A stretch of 59,258 nt of DNA, filler included, from Sluysia triapertura (lineage: Eukaryota), in NCBI GenBank assembly GCA_046118255.1. It is 4 parts of 4 records of this genome, joined end to end, with 100 filler letters (N's around TTAATTAATTAA, not from the genome) between each part and the next. Parts side by side here need not be neighbours in the genome. Positions count along the whole stretch, not along the records: positions 33,835 to 45,402 come from JBJNIA010183313.1; positions 45,503 to 59,258 come from JBJNIA010022181.1; 2 more parts are not named here. One strand, 5' to 3'. Both the position numbers and the translations under genes were made by a program. Positions within the stretch are counted from its first letter, which is position 1. Every line of letters starts with the position of its first letter. Below are positions 37,728 to 51,167 of this stretch, in pieces. The notes below the pieces were generated by a model, which was not told where the DNA came from, did no database searches, and was given only the letters and a program-made list of their open reading frames with translations.

Positions 37728-39340
37728 TCAAGATTATAAAATAAGAGTATGGAAATTTCTGATGTCTTGAAACATACAGGCGAAACGAAAATGAGAAAAT
37801 AGCGTTGACTATTTTTACGAAATTAAAAATTAATTTTCTACCTTTATAATAATAATTATGATTATAATTATTTCAAAAACAATTACCTAAGCTTCTACTG
37901 AATTATTTAATTTTGTGCTATGAGAGAATTACGAATGAATAAATGTAATCGATAAATACATGTACAAAAATAATATCTCTGGATAAATAATAAATAATAA
38001 TAATAATAAAGCAAAATTTTAACTTAACATTTGCTGTTTGAATTTAGGTAAAGTTTTTGGTATGACATTTACTATTTTTCTCAGTTGAACATTAGATTCT
38101 TACTAATATTTTACAATATTCAAGTGAAATTTTTAGTTTATTTTGGCTAGTAATTAATTTATTCTATCAATCTGTTCATTATATTTAGTAATCGTAAGAT
38201 TAATCCCAATTTAAAAAATCCAAACAGGACTTATTGAAAATAAATCGTAATGCATTTTAGGAATAGTTCATCCAGCTTTTGTTATTTCTTTATTGGAACT
38301 AAAGACAATTTTAAAAGTTTATTCGCACTTAATTACAAGTTTACCGATAAATACCTTTTATTTAATGCATTTAAAATCATTTGATATTTGTTAAAGTATT
38401 GTTCCAGTTTAAATAACTTAGTCAACAACTAGAAAGTTAAAGTTATATAAAGCTTAGAATTGCATAAAGTTTACAAATAAGTCATTAATTAGTAGCATAA
38501 CTTTAAAATTTGTAAATCTAATGTTAATTTAAAATAATAATTTAGAATAATAATACTAGAAGATAACTTAACAGAAAGCTTTTTTTAGAAAATTCAGTAA
38601 ATGTTCTATGCACAAATATTATGCAACAAACTATTGTCAAATAAAAATAATGACTTCATTGTACAAATTTCGATTTTACAATATCCTCAAATAATAAAAG
38701 AAAAATAGATAATAAAATTATATATTAAAATTTCTTATTCTTTATATTAATATATGAAACTTGACAATGATTTTACAGCACTATAATAAATTGCTGTTAA
38801 AATGAAATATTCTTATATATGCCTACTTTAACTAAACTTAACCTTATAAACTTATGCAGTTAATAATGTGAGACCTCAAAACAGATACGATGTAATCGAA
38901 ATCGTTTAGTTGTGATCCAAAAGATTATTCTGAGTAACAAATTAAAAATTATTGTGTAAATCTTTACCCAAAATATCCCAAATTTTTCTGTTCAAATATT
39001 GTGTTGCAAATCACTACTGAATTTTGAACTTGTTAATCTTTGCGAATTATAGCAGCTACAAATCAATATCTTCTAGTATTAAAATTATTTTTGTCAAACT
39101 TTTTTAAATTAGAGTGTACAAATTTTCTTTCAAATGTGTCAAATTAAAATTCAATAATTAAAATTAAATATTCAGTGTTAAATTTTGTCTTTTACAAAAT
39201 TTCGTTATTAAAATATTGTTCAAATAATGCTGTTTTTCTCAGCTTTTACACAGAAAATTGATACATATAGGCGTAATATCTTAGGATATAATTATTAATA
39301 TTGTAGGCTGTATAGGTCAGTTTTATATTATTGTTGTTGA

Positions 39341-39401
<61 letters not shown>

Positions 39402-39458
39402 GTCATTATTATTATTATCTTTATTATTATGAACAAATTTATAATCTTTTATTTTCAG

Positions 39459-42036
39459 ACACAGTTTCCACTTCTCGTGAAACTCCCTCTCGAAAAAACG
39501 TATCTTTGAAATCTAAACGGAAATGCTGTTGTAATAACAGCAAACCAGGTAAGAATTGAATTTTGATATAAGATTTCATTTATAACTGAAAATATGATTC
39601 TGTTAAAATTGCTATTAAACATAATTTAATTACTCTACATACCAGTGGGTCACGAGAAATTTCAAAGTTACAGTAAAGTATTCTTAAGAAAAGTAGTACT
39701 GACACCAGCCATCACTGATGTTTCATGCCAGAATTTTAAAAATCGTTATTATTAAATAAATATTTAATTTTTTGGTGTTAAAAATATTTTTTATTAAAAA
39801 AATTTACTTTTTTATTTTTATTTTAGTCCGAAAAAATTTTGACTCGTAAAGTGGAATCAAAAAGCATGAAGACCAGATTTTCTTATTCAATGTGAAATAT
39901 GCGCCCACTATGTTTTATAACACTCTTAACCATTTAGAGGGCTAATTTAAAATTCAATCTTCGTATCATACCTAGAAAATGCACCATCGAGCTGAATAAA
40001 TGATAATTTAACGGCGCACGATCTGTAATACAGTGACTTCATTTTTTCAATTTTTTGTGTTACGTCAATATTCGTCATCAATATCTTTTCATATTGATCG
40101 CTTACCATACAGTGATCCATTATTTTTTAACGTATTAAGTTTATCTTTAATGAAACTGTAAGCAATTTATGAATAATTTCTACTTTATTTAGCTTCTGAT
40201 ACTGAAGATTCTGAAGTCAGCTACTCAAATGATGGTTAGTTATTTCAATTAGTATTGAGTAACAGAAATTATTGGCCAATTTTTCCGAAGCTTGAAAATA
40301 GAAAAAGATACGTAAAAATAAAAGAGATCATATTCTTCCTGGCATGTTTCAAAAATGACTAAAAGATAAGTAGAAATTGGATTATCATTATTCTGAAGTT
40401 ATTAATGTAGACTTCCTCAATTTTTGTAATATTTTCTTTCATTTGATTATCTCATTAACTGAACTTTAATGTTGACTAGAAAACAAACACGATCTTTTTT
40501 TGTTTCCTGGAGAAAATCTTTATGCTATTCGTAGATTATTCTTAACTCATTCACTGCCAATCTTAAATTGTATGAAGTTATTCGCTTTGCTATTTCTGTT
40601 TTTTGAATGTTATTGTTTATCTAAGTTTTATTATTTCAAGATAAATAAATAAACATATTTTGTCATAAAAAATCAAACACGAATATGGGAATGCAGCAGG
40701 ACTCGATATTCTTTTTCTTATTTGCAATCAAATAGATGAAAGTATAAAAAAAAGGAACACAATTTTCTCTAAATTACTTAGATTCTATTTGTCTCAAAGA
40801 TATTACTGGATCATGTAATATTGAACAATTTAACTCTGAGTTTATCTGTGCAACATCTCTCATCAGTAAGTAGCTATCAATGAGTTATTAGTTGGGTGAA
40901 ATAAACATAACAAATTAATAAATAAAGTAGAATTTTTGTAAAAACAATTTATTTGTAGCCCTTTTTTCAAGTTTTTACAATTGTATATTTATGTTTGCAA
41001 GCTCTCCATAAGTTGAAAGTATCACGAGTTCCCAGCAAATGAATAAATTGATTCTACTTCTTCAAGTAACATATTGGTGGGCCCTGATCTAAGCCAAAAC
41101 TTTTCATTTTTGTCTAAAATATCCTAAATCTTGTACAATTGTCACAAACAATTCTAATTGGCTACTGAGTAATTTCTGGATTACAATCTTCACCAATTAC
41201 AATCTTTAGGTGCATAATAATGTTTGATTTTTCTAAATTTCAGATTTTTCAGAAATGAGTGACACCGATTTTAACGCTAAAATGAATCAGGCACGACGCA
41301 ATCGTCATAAAGAAAAACGTCGTATGTTATCGACAAATGCTTCAGTAACAAATATCAGTCGCCATGGAAATAACAACAGTAATAATAATAATAGTAATAA
41401 TAACAATAACAATAATAATAAATCATCCATTTTATCTAATTCTTCATCACTATCGTCGAAATATCGCAATAATAAATCTCTCCAATCAAAATCTCGTATT
41501 AACAGTATTACACGTGCCCCACATTCTGATCATGTTTATGCTTTTTTACAGGTTATTTTTAGGTATTATATTTCTCGAAATTTGACAAAATTTGATAAAG
41601 ATACATATATTATGTTCATTTTGAACTAAAAAGTGCTGCCACTCAAAGAAATTGTATAATAAAGTGTTAAACGCGCATTTCATTAAGAAAAATAGTGATA
41701 ATTTCTTATCGGGACAAAATAAAATCACTCAAGAAAACTGGTGGAGACATAAATCGAATATTCACCTCTTCACATTGATTCCACTGATTAACTTGTTGAG
41801 TAATAGATCCGATGGATCTACTGAACATAATTTTGCCTTATGAGCGACGTTATGTGTCGAATATGCTGCATCTGTTATTTTAGTAATATCAAGAATGAAA
41901 TTTGATAAAAATAATTATACTTTATATTTAGGAATACCGTTTAATGGAACTAAAAATACCAAGATCTAAGTCATTTGAGCCGACAATAGAAGCAATACTA
42001 CGTTTTAAGAAATATACTCTAAGCAATCATTTCTAA
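39459..42036 (+). CDS. Unidentified gene, exons join(39459-39548,40193-40234,41244-41551,41932-42036); low-complexity basic/acidic protein with poly-Asn
   Basis: Phase-consistent GT-AG exons: TVSTSRETPSRKNVSLKSKRKCCCNNSKP-ASDTEDSEVSYSND-DFSEMSDTDFNAKMNQARRNRHKEKRR...SDHVYAFLQ-EYRLMELKIP... The last exon is less certain. Confidence 0.65.
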
Positions 42037-42372
42037 TATGTACACACGAAATGTGGGCGAATCCTTTTTAGGAAATATGATATTCGTGTTTTAATCAGAA
42101 TTAAATCTTTAGAAGAAAATACAATTCACAAAAGCTTCGAATTAAGTACTCCATAATGAAATTTGAATGATGCATCTCTTATATACCCTTTCAAGGTATC
42201 TAAGGTTTAGTGAATCTTCACTTAAGTTCCGATATTCTCGAAGAATTCTTTCACGAAAATAATACAGTGTTCTTAGATGAAGCATGTTCGTTTTATACAG
42301 ATATCAGACGAATATAAAGAATAAAATATTATCGAAATTCTTCAACATTTCACATAACATGATATCACGACT

Positions 42373-42763
42373 TGTGTTTCCTCGAAAATAAGATAGGGCT
42401 TATATTTAATGTTAAAATCAAAATATGACACTAAGGGGTTGTGTCTTATTTTCATCTATCGAAAAACAAAGTTACAAAGTAGAGAAATTTCTTACAGATA
42501 ATTACAGATATTTAAAAATTAAACGTGTTTCTGTCACAATGAACATTCTTATTCTCATGGATATTGTGCGACAAAGGAGAAATGCTTTGATAATTGCTGA
42601 TAAAATCTTATTTGGATGATTGTCTGAAAGTGAATCACAATCAGAATGCTTTGACAATGACAGTATCTCAGGAAGTCTATGCTAATATATGCATTTTAGG
42701 GGTAGGTCTTAAATTAAAATCATCCTGAAACATCACACTAATCCTATTTTCGGGGAAACATAC
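42373..42763. mobile_element. pogo-derived non-autonomous element
   Basis: TIR-like tgtttcctcgaaaataaga / cctattttcggggaaaca. Confidence 0.65.
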
Positions 42764-43269
42764 AGTATTTATTGAAAATATGTGAAATAATGTCTTTTTT
42801 ATTTTTATATACTTGTAGGGTTTTTTTCAGTAATATATTGATAACAAAAGAAGCAAAGTCGTGGTTTTTAGAAAAATAAAAATAAAAAGCTACAAATAGC
42901 AATAACATTAGTAAACCAAAGAAGGATTTATATTTCTTTTTACAGATTTTTCAATGCTACCTCTATACAGTTCAGAAGCCTTAAGTTAAATGATGACGTT
43001 TTAATATATCTATATATTTTTTAATATTAATAGATTTTGTAATATTTTTTCTGCGTTTTCTTTTTCATTTGATTTTACATAGTTTAAAAAAGTATCAGTA
43101 AAAAAACCAAAGAGTTAATGTGTTAAACATGTTGAATTGAAATTATCAGATTTGTCAATTGTTTGATTTATGAACTAAAACTTTGTGAAGCAACTACCTA
43201 TAGTGTTCTTAAACAATGGATCTTAAATTTTGCATTTGTTAGCATAATAACCCAGAAATCAAACTTTAA

Positions 43270-43600
43270 TGAAAAGCAACAATTTGACAGCATAGGTTCA
43301 TGCTTGTAGTAACATTTATAAGCTTCCAAGATTGCACAACAAATATTGATGATTAGCAAGGTCTATAAGTTGTTAGTAGTAGACATTTGAATAGTCGGAA
43401 GTATATTGCTACAATTATACATTTTCTTGAATAATGACATTATAAGTTACTATAGATATTAGGAATAGAAGATAGTCGAATGTGTGCTCAGCTGAAATGC
43501 GTTCATGGATCTATAACAATAAGCAGCGTTTTGTTTGCTTATGGTGTTAGTTTGTCGAATCTCTTTGGTGTCTGATGAATACCAACAGCAGCTGTAAACT
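43270..43600 (+). mobile_element. Highly decayed LINE RT remnant
   Basis: Broken motifs resembling LD......I.LD, LL..L...GI, NN.Q and GIPQ. Confidence 0.35.
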
Positions 43601-43779
43601 TTCTACAAGTTAGGAATAACTTAAAATGTGCCATTCCAAATATCGAATCTTATAAAACATAAAATGTTAAATTTTGAATTTAGTTAATATAATTCAGTGA
43701 AAAAATTTAAACACTCAAAGAATAACAAACCGAATTTTCCGCTCATCTGCTTTTATTATACTGTTTTAATCTTTTAACC

Positions 43780-44470
43780 CAATCTTGAAAAATTGTTAAC
43801 GTCATCCAAGACTTTGTATTCCAACAGATAGTTTTTCTATATAGAAATCTTTAAAACAACAATGTTTCTCCGATCAGCCTATCACTAAGGGCTTTAACTT
43901 TTCTCCTAACATATTTACTCCCAAGAGTATGGTAATTCGATCTTTAGAAAACTTACCATTTGCCTTATCCTCTTTAGAAATTATACATGTTCTGTTTAAT
44001 GAACATTTCTAGAATAGTCCGGTTTCGTCACAATTATAATATTCTTTTAACTTTGACACACAATTCTTTTCATCCACGGTTTTTGATTCCCCAATAATTC
44101 TTTTAGACGATATCATGTCTGGAAAGAAAAGAATTAAGCCAACCGTTTGATGCTTTAAAATCATGATTTACTAAGTGCTATGCTAATTCTAATGCCTTCT
44201 GATGCTGATATTTCTTGCTCTCTGAATCTGGAACCATTCATACAGGATGACAACTTGATATCCACTACTTAAATGTGTTTTTCTTTTCTGTTTGGTATTC
44301 AAGTTTGACTTCAAAATGGAGTCTCTAGATTTCATAAAAGATTGTATTTTGATGAAAGAAAGTGTTGAGAGCAACCTTTATCTTCAACAAATAATTTTAA
44401 CAATTTCTGTTTCTTTTCTATGCTTAAATCCTTTCTCTTTCGTTTTGAATTTGTATTTTTCATGTTCATG
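43780..44470 (-). mobile_element. pogo/Tigger (CENP-B-like) transposase pseudogene
   Basis: KRKRKDLSIEKK, LYEWF, FKASNGWL, DETGLF, SKDRIT, GEKLKPLVIG. Confidence 0.9.
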
Positions 44471-45119
44471 AAAGATAGTTAAAAATGAATATTTAAACAA
44501 AATAATGGAGAAATTATTAATTTATTTTACACTAATTATTGCTCATTATTCAAAATAAAATGTGTGTTCATATTATAAAACTCAATTTTTCATGAAAACC
44601 ATATGGTTATTATTATTATTATTATTAAATAATAAATATTTCCAAAACTATTAAAAATACCATGATAAATAATAAATATTGATATAATATTGACTATAAT
44701 GAGTAGTAAGATTTATAATTTTAGATTTATAATTTTTTGTTGAAATTTTCTTAATTATCTTTTAATCACACACTTTATGAGTTATTGTGAGTACTTTTAA
44801 CTTTATTCACTTTTTGGTGAAATTTCCACGTTTTATTGACATTTGTATTTAATATGTGATAATTTCTGGCTGGATGTTTGTTTAATTTTTAATTTCTACT
44901 TTCTTTCTTAGTACTTTTTGATACTTGTGACGATATTTGTTGTGTTTTAATAGTTTGACCAATCAAAACATTCCCTTATAAAGTTTCTTCATTGGTTGCT
45001 TGTTGAGACTGTTCTGAATTGAACGGTGTATTTATTATAGTTTGTTTAATTTTATTAAATAAGCAATTTTTAAAGTAATTGTGTGTATGTGTGTGTAATA
45101 TTTTTGCTTTATTATTTTA

Positions 45120-45402
45120 GATGAGGCATGCGCAAACTTTTTAAGTGGTGTCCCCAATTTCAACATATTTATTTTTGGCGCCCCTAATTTAATAAAAAAT
45201 CATAACGCCACTGTAAAAAGAACTTCACAAATAAAATAAACACCTCTTTTTAATAACAAAATGTATTTTTCTGTTTCTTATAAATTAAATATTATTAACA
45301 ACAACAGTTCTAAGTCTTTAGCAAGAAAATAAAGAAAAATTAACAAAATTAAATTTTAATTCTTTATATCAAAAATGCAATATTATGTCTGTTAATATAT
45401 TT
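45120..45402 (+). mobile_element. DNA-transposon fragment homologous to 8010-8245
   Basis: Reverse-complement identity; begins gaggcatgcgcaaacttttt. Confidence 0.7.
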
Positions 45403-45502
45403 NNNNNNNNNNNNNNNNNNNNNNNNNNNNNNNNNNNNNNNNNNNNTTAATTAATTAANNNNNNNNNNNNNNNNNNNNNNNNNNNNNNNNNNNNNNNNNN
45501 NN
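45403..45502. other. Artificial contig linker
   Basis: N44-TTAATTAATTAA-N44. Confidence 0.97.
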
Positions 45503-46194
45503 TATTATATTATACTACATTATAATCTAGTGTATTTCGAATAATTCATTTTCCTCGATTTCTTTTTTCAAGCAATATTAAAATACTACTACTATTTTTC
45601 ATTGTCAGTAACAAACCTAAATGTACAGTTCATTTTTCTGTTTTTATTATATTAAATTGTTTCAATGTTAAGTGACACTCAGAATTTCCAAATCTCATCC
45701 ATATGTTTATTTACTATATAAATTATTGCATGTTTATGTGCTCTTTTTAAGTTACACTTCCAATAAAATCACTGTAAAGATATTATCAAATGAATTTCAT
45801 TTTGTCATTGTTTAAGAAAATGAAATAAATTCCTACAGTTATCACGATTCAATTTTTTTGAATATGTGTTGTTTTTATTTACTTAATTTTACAATTTACT
45901 TCTGTTTTTCTTCACACAGGCTTGTTTCCAACTATACTGCATCAATTTATATTAGTTTTAATATTTTTTTGATTATTTACTTCAAAGTTTGTAAATCGAT
46001 TGTTAACTTTAATATTAATTTTTTGTTTTTTTGTTTCATTTATTACAATCATGCTATTTTCTAAAAGCATGTTTATTTTATTAAAAGAAAAGCTAATAAA
46101 CTATTTCAAAATTTCTGTTGTGTGCATCTGGGCCTTCTTTCTTCTGTATCTGCTTCTCCTTCTTCTGTACCTTATATATAACACATATGCAATA

Positions 46195-46752
46195 CAGTGG
46201 TGGCCAAATTATTAGACTAAAGACCATTTTTGTGATAAAATTCAACATTTTTCAAGGATACTATCAAACTATTAATCAAAAATGTATAAAAACATTGTCA
46301 CGGAAAATGTAAATGTTGGAAAATAACTACTTTCTACAAAAAAATTCTGGTGAAAGTAAAATAATAGATAAAAATACTGTGATCCAAAACATACAGAAAT
46401 TTTATTCATGTAGAATGATAACACTATTTACTACAAATCTATTGTGTACAAACTGTTGTATCAGTACTTTGTTTGCCTTCCTTTGTTATCCATAATTTCC
46501 TGATCCTTAAAGACGTGCCACGGATAAGCTTGGGGTACAATTCTTTGATCTCGTCATCGTGATGCCATTCTTTTATTAGGGTTTCAATAAGTTCCATCCT
46601 GGTAGTTGGTTTATGGGTAGAAACTCTCCTTTTGAGAATCTCCCAGATATTTTATTTGAGATTTATGACTGGAGAGTTTCCAGGACAGCGTAGCAAATAT
46701 TAAGAAAACCAAAGATAATCATATTTTTCCTGTTTTAGTCTGATAATTTGAC
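46195..46752 (-). mobile_element. Internally deleted Tc1 element (family of 26116-26646), reverse orientation
   Basis: ta|cagtggtggccaaattattagactaaa ... ttttagtctgataatttg; minus-strand PGNSP...NIWEILKRR. Confidence 0.9.
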
Positions 46753-46762
46753 TAATAATATG

Positions 46763-46886
46763 TGTTAGACTTCATAAAATTGACTGACCGGAAATCGATC
46801 CAGGAGCCTCTCGCTACGATACATCAGCCCCGACTAACAATTTACACTATCATTATTCTATGGCACTTTAGGCGTATATCCCAAGA
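46763..46886 (-). mobile_element. tRNA-containing repeat copy with an internal deletion
   Basis: tgttagacttcataaaattgactgaccgg...atcagccccgactaacaa...tggcactttaggcgtatatccc. Confidence 0.8.
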
Positions 46887-46945
46887 CACATATATGTTAT
46901 ATGCCCATAAATACTTAATCACCGAAATAATGTTTACTTCAAATT

Positions 46946-46999
<54 letters not shown>

Positions 47000-47821
47000 T
47001 AAAATTGTAAAGTAAATAATTGCAATATATTTACTTTCAATATCAAAAAATTTAAAAAATTCCAGAAACTATCTCTATACTACTTACAATTATTATTTTA
47101 AGACATAAATCGTTCCAAATAGATATACCAATGAATTTCAAAGTGCATTAGGAAATCATCAAGCTGTAATTTTATATCCCAAAAAATAAATTGATTTTCA
47201 AACAAGTTTGTACTGGTTTAATAAATTCTAAATCCAAGATGGCTCTTTAGGGAGGATGTTCCTCAGCAGTATTATTAAAATCATTAAACCTATAGTTCAT
47301 TTATTCTAGAAGGACCAGCGAAATGAACATGAATTTAAAATCACAATGATTGCAGTAAAATTAAAATTGAAATCGATAATGTAGTAATAATATTACATTA
47401 TTTTAATTTACGTGATTTTAAATACTTGGAAACAACTGATAAAAGTCAACCAAGTTTATTATTACAAATTTATGGTAATATTATTGATTTTGTTAAGAAC
47501 TAGCTGTAGTCGAAATGTAATGGAAAATGTTTAGGACTGGAAATGCGAAGAAAGTGGGATGCGTCGTGAAATCATCACAATGAGCGAGAATATTTCTGAA
47601 CGTTTGAAGATTATAAATAAATGTATTGTGTTTTTTATGATTTCATAAAATAATTTTATAAATTAACTTAAACTGCGATTTAAATTTTGATAGGCTTCTA
47701 TTGTGTATATGTTGTTATCCCTGGATTTGAGTATTATAATTTATATTGATTGATTGAGTTATTGCACTTAGTGATTATTGATTTTATATTGAGTTTTATT
47801 GAATTATATTGCTATTTACAG

Positions 47822-48313
47822 GTAACTGTGTTTGACCGTGATAATGCCAAAGTAAACGGCCACATAGAGTGCCATGAACCTTCTCTTGTTTCAGGTCATC
47901 AGGATGTTTCATTCTATTTATCTAATCCCACTCAAAATCGTCGATCTGATTCCTGTGAATTTGAAGTTCGTACCAGGTACAAATTTGATCGAGAAGATAT
48001 GACCAATCAAAATCGTCAAATTAAAACAGTTATTGTGATGGATCAGAACGAATCTCAATCGGATTTGCTTAGTAAATCGACCAGATATTTGCATAACAAA
48101 GAAGTCTATATTAAGGCATATTTAGTTTGTATAGATGGAGTCGGATTGGAGGATAAATCAACAAATCGAGATCAAGTTTCAATTCGATTAACATCGACAT
48201 TAACTTTATCAGTTTTAATTGAAGATGTAAATGATAATTCACCTGTATTTGAAACAAATCTTTATCAAGCACAAATCCGTGAAAATTTAGAAGCTGGATC
48301 AGCTTGCATACAG
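47822..48313 (+). CDS. Protocadherin-like exon (cadherin EC repeat with a long insertion)
   Basis: VTVFDRD..VNG, FDRE, C.DG, IEDVNDNSPVF, IREN cadherin Ca2+-binding motifs; cag|...|gtcgat. Confidence 0.93.
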
Positions 48314-48539
48314 GTCGATTTTAATTATTTTTGAAACATGCTTCTAAGTTACTGTTTTTATGATTATTTGGATATGATTTATGTGATTTTTTCCTTTTTA
48401 TTGATTTAAAAATTTGATCTTCATTGAATCTCTTGCGCGACTAATAAATGTTTTTACATATTTTAATTTATGAACTTACAATTGCACAATAGAAACCTCC
48501 ATAAGTGGTTTACTATAGTATATATAAACAAAAAACGTA

Positions 48540-48748
48540 CAGTGTGTCCCAAAAGTAACCGAACCGCAAACTTAAATAAAAATTAGATATCAAAAAAGAC
48601 AAATGTAATTTTTTCTTCTATGCCATTTTATGTTATCTTCGTTACTATTTGAATAGTAGTCTTTGGAATGACTTTTGTTCTGACGTTATCGTGGATATTT
48701 TGAACATTTGTAAATACTCAATATACCTATTAAATTTGAGACACACTG
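48540..48748. mobile_element. Short deletion derivative of the 49777-50568 mariner-like family
   Basis: ta|cagtgtgtc ... gacacactg|ta. Confidence 0.85.
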
Positions 48749-49106
48749 TATATATAATATGAGATCTCTGAGTGTGTGATGATCAATGTGGGAAGCCATT
48801 GAATCTGATAGGGTAGTCATTGTGGTTAACCAACAAGAGCACATGAATGTATCGGGATAGTTGCGGAAGGAATTAAAATAAAGTAATTCTTTTCAATAAA
48901 CATTGCGCTGCTGTTTATTTGATGAAGTTTATAAGTAATATAATTTCATTAAATTACGTAAAATTGATATAAAATCAATTTAAAGTAATAAAATGAATTA
49001 AAATTTGTAGAATATCTTGAAAAAACACAAATAAATTGTAAATTGTAGATTGTAGATTGTAAACTGTGGTACGATTTTAATAAATTAATTTAGTTATATA
49101 ATTTAG

Positions 49107-49250
49107 GTTAAAGCAAATGATAATGATTACGGGGAAAATTCAAAATTGTTTTATTATATCAAAGGAACTGACGACTTTAGTATTGATCCTGTTACAGGAT
49201 GGATAAAAACGAAGCGTAAGTTTGATCGCGAAACGGAGAATAATTTTCTA
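49107..49250 (+). CDS. Protocadherin-like exon
   Basis: VKANDNDYGENSKLFYYIKGTDDFSIDPVTGWIKTKRKFDRETENNFL|gtacgt, in phase with the previous exon. Confidence 0.93.
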
Positions 49251-49329
49251 GTACGTTTTATTATTATTTTATTTATTTATTTTAAAAAAGTTTCTATAAA
49301 TTTAGATTTTTTATTAGAGAAATTTCCAA

Positions 49330-49649
49330 TACAATGAAAATCATATTTACCTTCAAAATCTATAATTCACATTTTTAAATTCATTATAAACACTTTCTTA
49401 CATAGTTCAATACCAACATAACCAAAATCATATTTTTTTCAACATCACACAATTATCTTTTAGAATGTACCAAAAGATAGGCTACATTTATCTTCTTTAC
49501 ATCCACTAAACCACATTTTTAAGTCACAATCTCCTAACATCCAAACATTACTTTCAATCAAAACATCAATGTTTTTTTAAAAATCCATATAAAACATTTT
49601 CAAGAAAAGTTTAATAAGATTTGTAAAAAGTAATAGGTTGGCCATCGCA
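49330..49649 (+). mobile_element. C/A-rich tract ending GTTGGCCATCGCA: short derivative of the TGT...ACA family
   Basis: Resembles the reverse complement of about 58860-59000 and ends in the inverted terminal motif. Confidence 0.45.
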
Positions 49650-49776
49650 GTGTGAAAATAAAATAATAGTAAAAAATATTTATTTAATTAATTTTGAAAA
49701 ATTACAAATTAATTTTATAAATATTTGATTGATGTTTTTGTTTGATTCCAAGTACACACGTTTATATTATACTAAA

Positions 49777-50568
49777 CACGTTGTCACAAAAGTAATCGAA
49801 CAGCAAACTTAAATAAGAATTATATATCAAAAACGACAAATTTAATGGATATATTTAGTATTTACAAATGTTCAAAATGTCCACCTTGTACTTCAATACA
49901 AGCATGACATCTTTTGACAACACTGCGACATACTTTCTGACAAGTTTCCTCTGAAATTTGATTCCATTCGTGCTGAATGATTTGTTTTAGTTTATCAATT
50001 GTCCTAGGCTTTTTAGCATCAACTGCATTCTTTAGAACTCCCCATAGAAAAAATTCAGGAGCTGGCAGGCCAGGAAATGTTTCATCAAGCCATTGTCGAA
50101 CATCTTTGGTAAAACAAGATACTCCATCTTGTTGAAAATGAAGATCACCGAGATAGAAACTCAATAACAATAGAGAACACTTCAAATTTGGATAAAAGAT
50201 TGAATATTGTCGACTTACTTGGTACAGGTGTTCTGAAATTTACCCGATCTTACTTCAACATGCTTGTAGCTAGACCTTGCATAGCAATCCTTAATAACGA
50301 AGATACATTCGTTTAAATCTAAAGTCCTTCGCTGCATTTGTAAGAATGAGGGTCCAGAACCGCTAGCTGAACAAATATTAAACAATGACGTCAAAACAAA
50401 ATCAATAAGATCACGTAACAGAAGTCATTCCCATGACTACTATTCGCAGAAGGAAATGAATGGTAGCGAAGATAACATAAAATGACATAAAAGAAGAAAT
50501 TACATTTGTGGCTTTTGATATCTAATTTTTATTTAAGTTTGCGGTTCGGTTACTTTTGGGACAACCTG
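49777..50568 (-). mobile_element. Tc1/mariner-superfamily element (rosa/DD41D-like C-terminus), internally deleted, both TIRs present
   Basis: FQQDG, WLDETFPG, FFLWGVLK, GGHFEHL; TIRs ca.gttgtc.caaaagtaa.cgaac.gcaaacttaaata. Confidence 0.9.
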
Positions 50569-51129
50569 TATTATTAGACTGGTGATATTTCTTCTGAACG
50601 AAGCCCATTCTCCTAAGAAGGTTGTCAATCCTTGTTTAAACATAAATAAGACTTCAAAGAAAAATTTTGATTTTAAGAAGATAATCGAAACGAGCATCAT
50701 TAATGAAGGCAATTTATTTAAGTCGACTGAATTTAGTTCACATTTTCACATTTTCATTATACAAAATAATCAGTACTTTCAATATAAATACATAATACAT
50801 AATAATAAGATTGTTCAACATTAATTGTGTATCAATCAAATGTTCAGATGCTTTTGAAGATTTCTACTAATTCTAAACATCTTTTTAATTCAATAAAATG
50901 TGATTTGTGAAACATTGCTTTGATATTTAAATAAATCATTTGAATATTGATAAACGTAGTAGTATCTATAATATAATTGGTCTAAAACGTGCCAATTAAA
51001 AACTTGTATAATTATAGTAATGAAAATAAAATGATCAGAACATCGAATTGTGCGGTGAAAGGTTCTCATGTTCGCACATTGAAAACAAAATTTAAATATT
51101 CAGTTATTTTGCTTTTATTTTATAATAAT

Positions 51130-51167
<38 letters not shown>

